Assembly (NCBI GenBank): GCA_963739455.1
Contig: CAVUAK010000001.1
Span: forward strand, 1,184,001-1,248,000
Source: an uncultured Gemmatimonadales bacterium
GTDB taxonomy: Bacteria; Gemmatimonadota; Gemmatimonadetes; Gemmatimonadales; GWC2-71-9
Direction of reading: 5' to 3'
DNA length: 64,000 nucleotides
In this document: in pieces, positions 22,311 to 32,581 of the stretch
How the letters are laid out: every line of letters starts with the position of its first letter
How positions within the stretch are numbered: the first letter of the stretch is position 1
The notes under the pieces: generated by a model
What the model saw: only the letters and a program-made list of their open reading frames with translations
Told to the model about the DNA's origin: nothing
Database searches by the model: none
Made by a program: the position numbers and the translations under genes

Positions 22311-23533
22311 ATGCAACCAACCAAGCCCCTGGTCGCCCTGGCCTTCTCCGGCGGCCTCGATACCTCGTACTGCGTCCCGCGCCTCGCCGACGACGGCTGG
22401 GCGGTGGAGACGGTTTTCGTCAACACCGGCGGCACCACGCCCGATGACCGCGCCGCGATTCGCCGGCAGGCGGAGGCGGTCGGCGCACTGAGGCACCATG
22501 AAGTCGATGCGCGCGCTGCGGTGTTCGATCGCTTCGTGCGCTACCTCATCCAGGGCAACGTGCTGCGGGGCGAGGTCTACCCGCTGAGCGTCGCCGCCGA
22601 GCGGACGCAGCAGGCCATCTCGGTCATCGAGGCGGCGCGCGCGATGGGTGCCACGGCCGTGGCGCACGGCTCCACCGGTGCCGGGCAACGACCAGGTGCG
22701 CTTCGACGTCGCGTTCCGGGTGCTCGCGCCGGAGCTGCAGATCATCACGCCCATCCGCGAAGCGAACCTGCAGCGGGCCGACTCGATCGCATACCTCGAG
22801 GCGCGCGGCCTGCCGGTGCCGGCCAAGGCGAGCGCCTACAGCATCAACCGCGGCCTGTGGGGCACCACGTACGGTGGCGGCTGGACGCACGACACCTGGG
22901 CCGGTCCGCCCGACGAGCTCTTCGAGCCGCCGGCCGATGCGCCGGCACCGCGCGAGATCGTGATCGGCTGGGAGCAGGGGGTGCCGGTGTCGATCGACGG
23001 CGTCGCCATCGACGGGCCGACGCTCGTCGACCAGCTGGGCGATCTCTGCGCCGAGTACGGCGCGGGCCGCGGCATCCACGTGGGCGAGACGGCGCTCGGC
23101 ATCAAGGGTCGCATCGGCTTCGAGGCGGGTGCGGCACTGCTGCTCATCCAGGCGCATCGCGAGCTGGAGAAGCTGGTGCTCACCAAGTGGCAGGTGTTCT
23201 GGAAGGACTCGCTGGGGCGCTTCTACGGTGACCGGCTGCACGAGGGGCAGTACTTCGACCCGGCGCTGCGGGACATCGAGGCGATGTTCACCAGTTCGCA
23301 GCAGCGGGTGACGGGCGAGACGCGCGTGCGGCTGTCGGCGGGTCGGACGCAGGTGACCGGTGCGCGGAGCCCGTTCTCGATGATGGACCGCGCCGTGGCC
23401 ACCTATGGGGAAGAGAACCGGCTCTGGACCGGCGAAGAGGCCCGCGATTTCTCGAGGATCGTGGCGATCCCGTCGCTGCTGGCCCACAAGGCGGGTATGG
23501 CGGGTAAGGCGGGTCAAAGGAGATCGCTCATGA
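22311..23533 (+). CDS. argG: Argininosuccinate synthase; frameshift near 22684; 3' end apparently in frame with the next gene
   Basis: LAFSGGLDTS, YPLSV, AHGSTGAGNDQVRF, YSINRGLWG, GIKGR. Confidence 0.95.
23488..23514 (+). repeat. 3 x 9-bp repeat AWGGCGGGT (KAG-MAG-KAG) at the argG 3' end
   Basis: aaggcgggt atggcgggt aaggcgggt. Confidence 0.85.
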
Positions 23534-24618
23534 TTACGACTCGTGTGAAGCTGGACAAGATCTCCTCCTCCACCCGGAATGCGGCTCTCGCGTCCGAGGT
23601 GATCGTCGGCGACCAGATCGTGGCCCAGGAGGGCTACGTCCTCGCGGTGCGCATCAAGGAGGACAAGTCCACCTACAACTCGGTGGAGGATCTCGCCGGC
23701 CGCATGGTGACGCTCCGCGCCGGCGACGTGCTCGCCGGTACGCTCGGTACCCGGCGCGCGCTCCGCGGCTACGCCGGCGTGGTGCCGGCGCACATCGCGG
23801 TGGGCGACATCATCGACGTGCTCAACCTCGGCGGCATCCTGGGCAAGTGCACCTCAGCCAATCCGGAAATCGGGCCGCCGTTCAAGGCGGAGGTGCTGGG
23901 TGCGGTCCTGACATTTCCCGAGCTGGGTGACCGCGTCGGTCGTCCGGCGCACATCAAGGACAAGGCGGTGCCTACCGCGGACACGCTCGAGTGCACGGTG
24001 CCGGTGGTTTACATCGCAGGCACCTGCATGAACGCGGGCAAGACAGTAGCGGCGACGGAACTGGTGCGCGGACTTTACCGCAGCGGCCTCAAGGTGGCAG
24101 CGGCGAAGCTCACCGGTGTGTCGCTGATGCGCGATGCGCTCTCGATGCGCGATGCCGGCGCCAGTGCTGCGCTCACGTTCAATGACATCGGTATTGCGAG
24201 CACGCACGCCGGCGTCACCGTCTCGAGCGCCAAGGGCATCCTCAACCGGCTGGCGCAGGGCAAGCCCGACGTGATCGTGGCCGAGCTGGGTGATGGCATT
24301 CTCGGTGAGTATGGTGTGCAGGACATCCTCGCCGACAAGGAGCTCTCGGGTGCCGGCGCGGCGTGGGTCATGGCGGCACCCGATCCGGTCGGTTGCTGGG
24401 GTGCCAAGGTGCTCATGGAGCAGCGCTACGGGCTGTCGATCACGGTGCTGACCGGTCCGGCGACGGACAACGAGGTGGGACGCGACTACGTCAACGCCGA
24501 GCTGAATCTCCCGGCCTTCAACGCGCGGCGAGAGCCGGATGCGCTGGTCGAGGTGGTGCGCGCGTCGATTGCGGCGTGGCAGGCGGCGCGGCCCACGGCC
24601 GAGCTCGTCACGGTCTGA
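23530..24618 (+). CDS. DUF1611-like P-loop protein within the arg operon
   Basis: AAGGAG 7 nt before ATG; LNLGGILG, IAGTCMNAGKT, AAAKLTG, VAELGDGILGEY; family recognised by eye. Confidence 0.7.
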   Translation: MITTRVKLDKISSSTRNAALASEVIVGDQIVAQEGYVLAVRIKEDKSTYNSVEDLAGRMVTLRAGDVLAGTLGTRRALRGYAGVVPAHIAVGDIIDVLNLGGILGKCTSANPEIGPPFKAEVLGAVLTFPELGDRVGRPAHIKDKAVPTADTLECTVPVVYIAGTCMNAGKTVAATELVRGLYRSGLKVAAAKLTGVSLMRDALSMRDAGASAALTFNDIGIASTHAGVTVSSAKGILNRLAQGKPDVIVAELGDGILGEYGVQDILADKELSGAGAAWVMAAPDPVGCWGAKVLMEQRYGLSITVLTGPATDNEVGRDYVNAELNLPAFNARREPDALVEVVRASIAAWQAARPTAELVTV

Positions 24619-24620
24619 CG

Positions 24621-25659
24621 ATGCGCGTCGCCGTCATTGGCGCCGCCGGTTATGCCGGCGGCGAGCTGCTCCGACTCCTGCTGTCCCACCCCGACGTCAC
24701 CGACTGGGTCGCGACGAGTCGCAGCCAGGCGGGGAAGCCGGTGGGCGACGTGCATCCGCAGCTGCGTTCGCTCACTGATCGCGCCTTCGAGGCGCTCGAG
24801 CCCGCCGAGGCGGCGCGCGGGTGTGATGTCGTCTTCCTGGCGCTCGAGCACGGAGAGTCGTCGAAGGTGGCGCCAGCCCTGCTCGCATCAGGCGCCGGGC
24901 TGGTCATCGACATCGCGGCCGATTTCCGCGTCGCCGACCCGGTGCTCTACGCGAAGTACTACGGGGCTCATCCGTCTCCCGACCTGCTGTCCCGCTTTCG
25001 CTACGGTCTGGCCGATGTCGAGGGAACCCGGCTGCGCGGCGCCACGGCGATCGCCACGCCCGGGTGCTTCGCCACCGCGGCGCAGCTCGCGCTGTATCCA
25101 CTCGCGGGAATTCCGGGCATGGAGCCGGCGCTCTTCGCCGTCACCGGCTCGAGTGGTGCGGGCGTGCAGCCGCGCCCCACGACGCACCACCCGGCGCGGG
25201 CACACAATCTCTTCGCGTACTCCGTGATGGGACATCGGCATGAGGCCGAGGTGCTGGCCAGCTGGCGGCGCTGGACCGGGCGGGAGGATGCGGCGGCAAG
25301 GTTGATGACGCACAGTGGGCCGTTTGTTCGAGGGATCCACTTGACGTTGCATGGAAGGGCGGGGAAGGCGGGGATGGCGGGGAAGGCGGGTGATGCGCTG
25401 GAGCTCTTTCGGAGCGCCTATGCCGGCCGGCCGTTCGTGCGGGTGCTGGATCAGCCGCCGGAGCTGACGCATGTGATCGGCACCAACGAGGCGCACATCC
25501 ATGCCGTGAACTCGGCCGATGGCCGGCGAGATCCAGGTGATGGTCGTCATCGACAACCTGGTGAAGGGTGCGGGCGGACAGGCGGTGCAGGCGATGAACC
25601 TGGCCCTTGGGATCGCCGAGACGCGTGGACTCGTGGGTGGGGGGATTTTCCCGTGTTGA
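24621..25659 (+). CDS. argC: N-acyl-gamma-glutamyl-phosphate reductase; frameshift near 25525
   Basis: [51 protein letters not shown]. Confidence 0.95.
25356..25391 (+). repeat. 4 x 9-bp repeat inside argC ([12 protein letters not shown])
   Basis: agggcgggg aaggcgggg atggcgggg aaggcgggt. Confidence 0.85.
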
Positions 25660-25662
25660 GTA

Positions 25663-25694
25663 GACGTGAGGGCCTGAGGGCGTGAGGACGTGAA
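25663..25694 (+). repeat. 4 x degenerate GACGTGAR repeat, last unit contains the argD GTG start
   Basis: gacgtgag ggcctgag ggcgtgag gacgtgaa. Confidence 0.85.
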
Positions 25695-26826
25695 GAGCTC
25701 CTTGCTGCCGGTCTACGCTCAGTTTCCTGTTCGCCCTGCGAGGGGCGAGGGGAGCTGGATCATCGACGTCGACGGCCATCGCTGGCTCGACGCGTACGGC
25801 GGCCACGCCGTGGCGAGCACGGGGCACTGCCATCCGCACGTGGTGCGCGCCATCGCGGAACAGGCGTCGCAGCTGATCTTCTATTCGACGGTGCTGCCGC
25901 ACCCGAATCGGGAGCTGTTGGCGGCCCGCATTGCGGCGCTCATGCCACCAGGGCTCGATCGGTCCTTTTTCTGCAACTCGGGCGCCGAGGCGAACGAGAA
26001 TGCCATGGGCCTCGCGCGGAAGCGCACCGGACGCGAGCTCGTCGTTTCAGTGACCGGTGGCTGGCACGGGCGCACCGTGGCGACGCTGGCGGTCACCGAC
26101 GGCGCCAAGTATGAAATCGGCGCGCGGCGCGCCGGCATGCCGCTGTCGCAGAAGATTCCGTTCGACGATGTCGATGCGCTCGAGCGCGCCATCGACGACT
26201 CGGTTGCGGCACTCATCGTGGAACCGGTGCAGGGAATGTCCGGTGCCCGCGACTGTTCGCATGCGTTCCTGCAGGCAGCGCGCGCGGCGTGCACCCGTCA
26301 TGGCGTGGCCCTGATCTTCGATGAGATCCAGTGCGGTGTCGGCCGGCTCGGCGCATTCACCGCTGCCGAGTTCTATGGTGTCACCCCTGATGCCGTTACG
26401 ATGGCGAAGGGCCTCGCTTCCGGTTTCCCGATTGCCTCGGTCACGGTTGGGGACTTCCTCGCCGAGGGCGTCACGGTCGGCGACCTGGGCAGCACTTTCG
26501 GCGGTGGGCCGCTCGCGTGTGCGGCAGGGCTCGCGACGCTGGACGTTATCGAGCAGGAGGATCTCGCCGGGAATGCCGCGCGAGTGGGCCAGCAACTGCG
26601 CGAGGGCGCGCTCGCGATTGGAATTCCCCAGGTGCAGGGTCATGGCTTGCTGCTCGGATTGAGGCTGGGCCGCCCGGCGCAGCCGGTGCAGCGGGCCCTT
26701 TTCGAACGTCGCATCCTTACTGGAACCTCGGGTGACCCGGACATCCTGCGCCTGCTCCCGCCGCTTTCGTTTTCTCACGCGGAAGCGGACCTGCTGCTTG
26801 CGGGACTCGCGGAAGTGCTCGCGTGA
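25690..26826 (+). CDS. argD: Acylornithine aminotransferase (class III PLP)
   Basis: NSGAEANE, WHGRT, EPVQG, FDEIQCG, TMAKGL, STFGGGPL. Confidence 0.93.
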   Translation: MKSSLLPVYAQFPVRPARGEGSWIIDVDGHRWLDAYGGHAVASTGHCHPHVVRAIAEQASQLIFYSTVLPHPNRELLAARIAALMPPGLDRSFFCNSGAEANENAMGLARKRTGRELVVSVTGGWHGRTVATLAVTDGAKYEIGARRAGMPLSQKIPFDDVDALERAIDDSVAALIVEPVQGMSGARDCSHAFLQAARAACTRHGVALIFDEIQCGVGRLGAFTAAEFYGVTPDAVTMAKGLASGFPIASVTVGDFLAEGVTVGDLGSTFGGGPLACAAGLATLDVIEQEDLAGNAARVGQQLREGALAIGIPQVQGHGLLLGLRLGRPAQPVQRALFERRILTGTSGDPDILRLLPPLSFSHAEADLLLAGLAEVLA

Positions 26827-27601
26827 TCGAGGTGAGGGGCAGTACTGGCCCGATTGCGGTGGATGACGGTGGCAGCGGCGAGCCGGCGTGCCTGCTGGTG
26901 CACAGCCTTGGCGGGCGCCTTGCCTTCTGGGATTCGACGCTGGCGGAGTTGCGGAAGCAGCATCGCGCCATCGCACTCGACCTGCGGGGACACGGCGGCG
27001 TCGGCACCCGCGTCATTCGCCGAGTCAGGGCTGGATGACTTTCGTCGACGATGTCCTGCGCGTCGCCGACGCGCTGGGACTCGGGCGGTTCGTGCTTGTG
27101 GGGCACAGCTTCGGCGCCACGGTGGCACTTGCCGCGGCGGTGCGGGCCCCAGGTCGCGTGGCAGCACTGGTGATGGTTGACCCGGCCGGTGCCTTCGACC
27201 AGGTGCCGGTGTCGACGCTGGAGGCGTTCATCGATACAGTCCTGCAGGACGAGAGTGGCGACTTCGTGCGCACGGCCTATGAGGCCAACCTCGAGCGTGC
27301 CACTCCCTCGACACGCGCGGCGGTGCTTGCCAGCCTCGCCGGGACCAGCCGGGAGACGCTGGCCGGCGCCTACACCGCGATGTTCGCCACTGACGCGCGC
27401 GCGCTCCTGCTCCGCTATCCTGGCCCGGTGCGGCTCATCGTCGATGCGGCAAACGACTCGCCAATGAGCCTGCATGCGCAGTTGCCCGACCTCGATATCG
27501 TGTCGATCGACGGGGCGAGTCACTGGCTGATGCTCGACCGACCGGAACAATTCGACCTCGCGCTCAAGGAGTTCGTGGATGCGCAATCGGTGCCGCAATG
27601 A
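26823..27601 (+). CDS. Alpha/beta hydrolase within the arg operon; frameshift(s) near 27000-27040
   Basis: LLVHSLGG, ALDLRGHG, VGHSFG, ASHWLMLDRP. Confidence 0.85.
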
Positions 27602-28614
27602 AGCGTGACTTTCTCTCCATGGAGTCGTGGGGCCAGGAGCAGTGCCTGGCGTTGCTCGACCTGGCCGACCGCGTCAAGCGCGGCGAGATCTCCGGCGGGC
27701 TCGAGAAGAAGATCATGGCGATGGTGTTCATGGACCCGAGCCTGCGCACGCGCGCCAGCTTCGAGGCCGCGATGTTCCTGCACGGCGGGCACGGTATCGT
27801 GCTCGAGCCGGGCAAGGGCAGCTGGTCACTGGAGACGGAACCGGGCGCGGTGATGGACGGCACGACGGTGGAGCACATCAAGGATGCCGCGCGCGTGCTC
27901 GGGACGGTACGCCGACGTGCTCGGCGTGCGCACCTTCCCGCGCCCCGGCAACTGGGACACGGTGCGACAGGACCTGGTGATCAAGCGCTTCGCGGAGTAC
28001 TGCGAGAAGCCGATCATCAACCTCGAATCCACGCGCCGGCACCCGTGCCAGGGGCTGGCCGACGCGATGACGCTGCGCGAGAAGTTCGGCGGCGACCCGC
28101 GCGGCAAGCGCTTCGTGCTCATGTGGGCGTGGCATCCCAAGGCGCTGCCCACTGCGGTGCCCGCGAGCGCCGCCATTTCGGCGGCGATGCTCGGCATGGA
28201 GGTGGTCATTGCGCGACCGGATGACTACGAACTCGATCCCGAGGATACGCGCGCTCATCCGGCAGCTGGCACGCGACAACGGCGCCATGATCCATATCAA
28301 CAACGACCCGGACGACGCACTGGTGGGCGCCGACGCGGTGTACGTCAAGTCATGGGGATCGGTGAAGCACTACAACCACCCCGAGGAAGAGGCGGCGATG
28401 CGCGCCGGTCTTCGCGACTGGCGGCTGACGGGCTCCGCGGCTCAAGTCGACGCGCGGTGGCAAGGGCATCGTGATGCACTGCCTCCCGGTGCGCCGGAAT
28501 GTCGAGCTCGATGATGAAATCATCGACGGCCCCACCTCGGTGGTGGTGGACCAGGCGGAGAACCGCCTTCATGCACAAAGGGCATTGCTCCTCGAGATGC
28601 TGGGTTCGAAGTGA
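27598..28614 (+). CDS. argF': N-acylornithine carbamoyltransferase (AOTCase/SOTCase family); several frameshifts
   Basis: [56 protein letters not shown]. Confidence 0.92.
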
Positions 28615-28619
28615 ACAAC

Positions 28620-28640
28620 GGGAACAGGGAACAGGGAACA
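28620..28640 (+). repeat. 3 x 7-bp GGGAACA repeat between argF' and argB
   Basis: gggaaca gggaaca gggaaca. Confidence 0.9.
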
Positions 28641-28656
28641 GGAGAGGCGACGTAAC

Positions 28657-29595
28657 GTGACCATCGATTCGTCCAAGGGAATTGCCGGGCTCAAGGGCGC
28701 GCTGCGCTACGTGCGCGCCTACCGCGACCGCGTCTTCGTGGTGAAGCTGGGCGGCGACGTGGTGAGCGACCCGGATACGCTGGACCAGGCGGCCGCGCAG
28801 CTGGCGCTGCTCTCATCGCTCGGCATTCGGCTCGTGGTGGTGCACGGCGGTGGACCCGCAGGCCACGGCGCTCAGCCGCAAGCTCGGCACCGAGCCGACC
28901 ATCGTGGCCGGCCGGCGTGTCACCGACGACCAGGCGCTCGAGGTGGCCAAGATGGTCTACGGTGGCCAGCTCAACACCGACCTGCTGGCGTCGCTGCGGG
29001 AGCATCGGCTGCAGGCGGTGGGGCTGTCAGGTGTCGATGCCGACCTGATCACGGCGCATCGTCGGCCGCCCGTCGCCATGGTGGACGATGCGGGCAGGAA
29101 GCAGACGGTGGACTATGGGCACGTCGGGGACATCGACCGGGTCGATCCGCGGGTGCTCAACACGCTGATGGACGGCCGGTTCGTACCGGTCATCGCCAGC
29201 CTGGCGGGCGATGACGACGGCAACGTCTACAACGTGAATGCCGACACCGTGGCCGAGTCGATTGCGGTGGCGCTTGCAGGCGATGAAGCTGATCTTCATG
29301 ACGGGCGCGCCGGGGGTGCTGCGCGACCGGAACGATCCGTCGTCGCTGGTCACCTTTGCCGACCCTGACGACCTCACGACGCTGATGGCGAGTGGCGCGC
29401 TGGCCGGCGGCATGCGGCCCAAGGTGGAGGCGTGCATCCGGGCCGCGACCAGCGGCGTCGAGCGCACCCACATCATCGACGGCCGCGCGCCCGATGCGCT
29501 GCTGCTCGAGGTGTTCACCGGGCGCGGGGCTGGGCACCATGATCGTGGGCCGGAAGGAGAAGGCGACCTACCTTGGCGTCGACCTCGCCGGCTGA
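28657..29595 (+). CDS. argB: N-acylglutamate kinase; several frameshifts
   Basis: VVKLGG, VVHGGG, GRRVTD, NVNADT, GGMRPKV. Confidence 0.93.
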
Positions 29596-30656
29596 GATCG
29601 CCCTGCTGCACGAACTCGTCGCCATTCCCTCCGTGAGTGGCGACGAGGAACCCATTGCGCGCTTCATCGAGACGACGGTGCGCGGGTGGGGGCTCGACGT
29701 GGTCCGCGACGCGACCGGAGTGAAGGTGGAGGTGCGCGCGCAGGAAGCCGGGCCCGACGCTCGCGCTGGTGTCGCACGTCGACGTGGTTCCGCCGGGTCA
29801 GGGGTGGACTCGTGATCCGTGGACACCGGTGGTCGAGCAGGGCCGTCTCTATGGTCGCGGGTCGGGCGACGCCAAGGCCTCGGTGGCGGCGATGCTCTGC
29901 GCGCTGCGCGATGTCGCCGACGGCGGCGGACCGGCGCATGGCCGCCTGCATGGTGATCCTGGGCTTCGGCGAGGAGACGAAGCACACCTCGATGCCCGAG
30001 GCGATCGCCACCGTCGGCACCGTGGACGCGGCACTGGTGGGGGAGCCGACCAATCTCGAGCTCGCCGTGGCACAGCGCGGCCTGATGATGGTGGACCTCA
30101 TTGCGCGCGGCGACCAGCGGCACGCCGGCTACGCCGCTGGCGCCAGCTTCACCAATTCCGCCATCGTGCTCGCGCGCGACCTGCTCAAGCTGGGTAGCGC
30201 TCTGCCAGGAGCGGGAGCATCCGGTGCTGGGCCACGTGATCGATCACGCCCACGATGGTGGAGGCGGGCATCAGCCGCAACGTGACGCCGCCCGCGGCGA
30301 AGGCGGTGCTCGACATCCGGAGCACGCCGTCGTGGTCGCACGAGGAAATCGGCGAGGCGATGCGGGCGGCGCTCGAGTCGGAGGTCGTGGTGACGTCCCA
30401 GCGACTGGTGCCGTGTGAGACGCCGGCACACTCGCGGTTGCTCGAGGTGGCGCGCCGGGTGCGGCCTGCCGCGAAGACCTACGGGAGCCCGACCTGCTCC
30501 GACTGGGTCTTCCTCAACGATCGCGACACGATCAAGGTGGGTCCCGGCACCAGTCAGCGTTCGCATACGGCGGACGAGTGCGTCGATCTCGCCGAGGTCA
30601 CGGAAGCACGCCAGTTCTATGCGAGCGTGGCGAGGGAGTACTTGAGTGAGAACTGA
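29573..30656 (+). CDS. argE: M20 family deacylase (ArgE-like, probably acting on N-acylcitrulline); frameshifted
   Basis: IPSVSGDE, SHVDVVP, GRGSGDAK, GEET, VGEPT, SHTADE. Confidence 0.88.
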
Positions 30657-30686
30657 CGTGAGGACGTGAGGACGTGATGACGTGAA
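30655..30686 (+). repeat. 4 x GACGTGAN repeat joining the argE stop to the argH GTG start
   Basis: t-gacgtgag gacgtgag gacgtgat gacgtgaa. Confidence 0.95.
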
Positions 30687-32054
30687 GAACACCTTGTGGG
30701 GTTCGGCTCCCGAGGCGGCGCTGCTGGCGTATACCGTCGCGGATGACCGCGAGTGGGATGCGCGTCTCCTGCGCTGGGACATCCTGGGGAGCCTCGGCCA
30801 CGCCGAGGGCCTGCGGAAGAGCGGGATCATCTCCACCTGCCGCGCACCTGCGCATGCAACGCCTGCTGCGCGCCGCACTTCGCGCCGCAGACTCGGGCCG
30901 CCTGGCGCATCGGCACCGAGCATGAGGACGTGCACTCGGCGGTCGAGTTCTGGCTCACGCGACGCGACCGTCGAATCGGCGGCATGCTGCACACCGGGCG
31001 GTCGCGGAACGACCAGGTGGCGGTGGACCTCCGCCTCTACCTGAAGGACCGGGTGCTGTCGCTGCACGCGCGGGCGGCGGAACTGGCTGATGCGCTGCTG
31101 GGGTTTGCCGCGGCCAATCGCACTGCGCTCTGGCCCGGCTACACGCACCAGCGCCGCGCGATGCCTTCGTCGGCGGGACTCTGGGCCGCGGCGTACGCCG
31201 AGGGACTTGCTCGATACCATCGAGGCCATCGGCGGCCTGTGGCCGAGGCTCGACCGATCGCCGCTCGGGAGCGCGGCGGGGTACGGCGTGCCGCTGCCGC
31301 TCGATCGCCAGGCAACGGCACGGGCGCTGGGTTTCCGGGACCTCGACCACAACGTGGCCGGAGTGCAGAACGGGCGCGGCAAGCTGGAGGCCGCGGTGCT
31401 CCACTGGTGCACGGAGCTGGGTCACGAGATGTCGAAGCTCTCCGCCGACGTGATCCTGTTCAGTGCCGACGAGTTCGGGTGGCTCAGACTTCCGGCCGAC
31501 CTGGCCACCGGCTCGAGCATCATGCCGCAGAAGCGGAACCCCGACCTCTTCGAGCTGACGCGCGCGCGCTCGGCGCTGGTTGAGGGAGCACTGTTCACGG
31601 TGCACGCGCTGAAGGCGAAGCTGCCGGGGGGATACCATCGCGACTTCCAGTTCCTCAAGGCGCCGCTGATGCGCGGCATCGAACTGACCGACGAGATGCT
31701 GGTCATGCTGACTCTTGCCGTGCCGCGACTCGAGGTTGACCGCGCACGCGGCCGGGCTGCACTCGACGGGTGATATCCTGGCGACTGATGAAGCGCTCCG
31801 GCGGGCGATGGATGGGACACCGTTCCGCGAGGCATACCGCGCCGTCGCGAGCGAGCTCAAGCGCGGTGTCGCGATGCCGGCGACTTCCTGACCGCGACGC
31901 TGCATCGCGGCGCGTGCCAGCGCCGGCGGGCATCGGTAACCTGGGGCTCGGACTTGCGCGCGCCCGCGTTGCGCGGGCGCGTCGCTGGTGGCGCGCCGAG
32001 CGACGGCGCCTGGACGATGCGATGCAGAAGCTTGCGGGACGGCGGCGCGGATGA
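30682..32054 (+). CDS. argH: Argininosuccinate lyase; multiple frameshifts
   Basis: [50 protein letters not shown]. Confidence 0.93.
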
Positions 32055-32506
32055 CAGCCGACCGTCGCAAGCGTCACCTCAAGATCCTCGAGCTGATCAG
32101 CACGCGTGCGGTGCGGACGCAGGAGGAGCTGGCCGACGCGCTCGCGGCCGATGGCTGGCAGGTGACGCAGTCGTCGGTGAGCCGGGACATCGCGTCGCTT
32201 CGGCTGGCGAAGGTGGATGGCACCTATCGCAAGGCGCCGGCGTCATCGTCGCGAGTGCGCGACCCGATGAGGTGCGCATTGCGGAGGGCGTGCTCACCGC
32301 TGAGCCGGCCGGCGATGCGCTGGTGGTGGTGCACACCCCGCCGGGCGAGGCCAACCGGGTGGGCATCGCACTCGACCGGCTGGCATGGCCCGAGATCGTC
32401 GGCACCATCGCCGGGCGATGACACGATCTTCCTGGCGGTGCGGGACAGCCGGGCGCAGCGACAGGTCATGAAGAGGATCCGCAGCATCTCGCCCGGGTCG
32501 CAATAG
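32051..32506 (+). CDS. argR: Arginine repressor; frameshifted
   Basis: [37 protein letters not shown]. Confidence 0.93.
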   Translation: MTADRRKRHLKILELISTRAVRTQEELADALAADGWQVTQSSVSRDIASLRLAKVDGTYRKAPASSSRVRDPMRCALRRACSPLSRPAMRWWWCTPRRARPTGWASHSTGWHGPRSSAPSPGDDTIFLAVRDSRAQRQVMKRIRSISPGSQ

Positions 32507-32528
32507 GAGCAGGTGCCGCATGCTGAAA

Positions 32529-32566
32529 ATGAAGCGGGCGGCCCCGTCAGGGGCCGCCCGTTTCAT
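32529..32566. terminator. Terminator hairpin after the arg operon, likely bidirectional
   Basis: atgaagcgggcggcccc-gtca-ggggccgcccgtttcat. Confidence 0.85.
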
Positions 32567-32581
32567 CTGGTATGAACGGTC

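Noticed and set aside
22311..32506. LysW/AmCP carrier-protein arginine pathway as explanation for the missing argA
   Set aside because: No small Zn-ribbon ORF ending EDWGE and no LysX/ArgX ATP-grasp ligase; the EDW stop at 21749 belongs to the M42 peptidase; ArgF' implies N-acyl intermediates
22311..32506. Pseudogenised arg operon or programmed frameshifting
   Set aside because: Catalytic motifs are intact, there are no consistent slippery sites, and the same indel pattern occurs in unrelated essential genes
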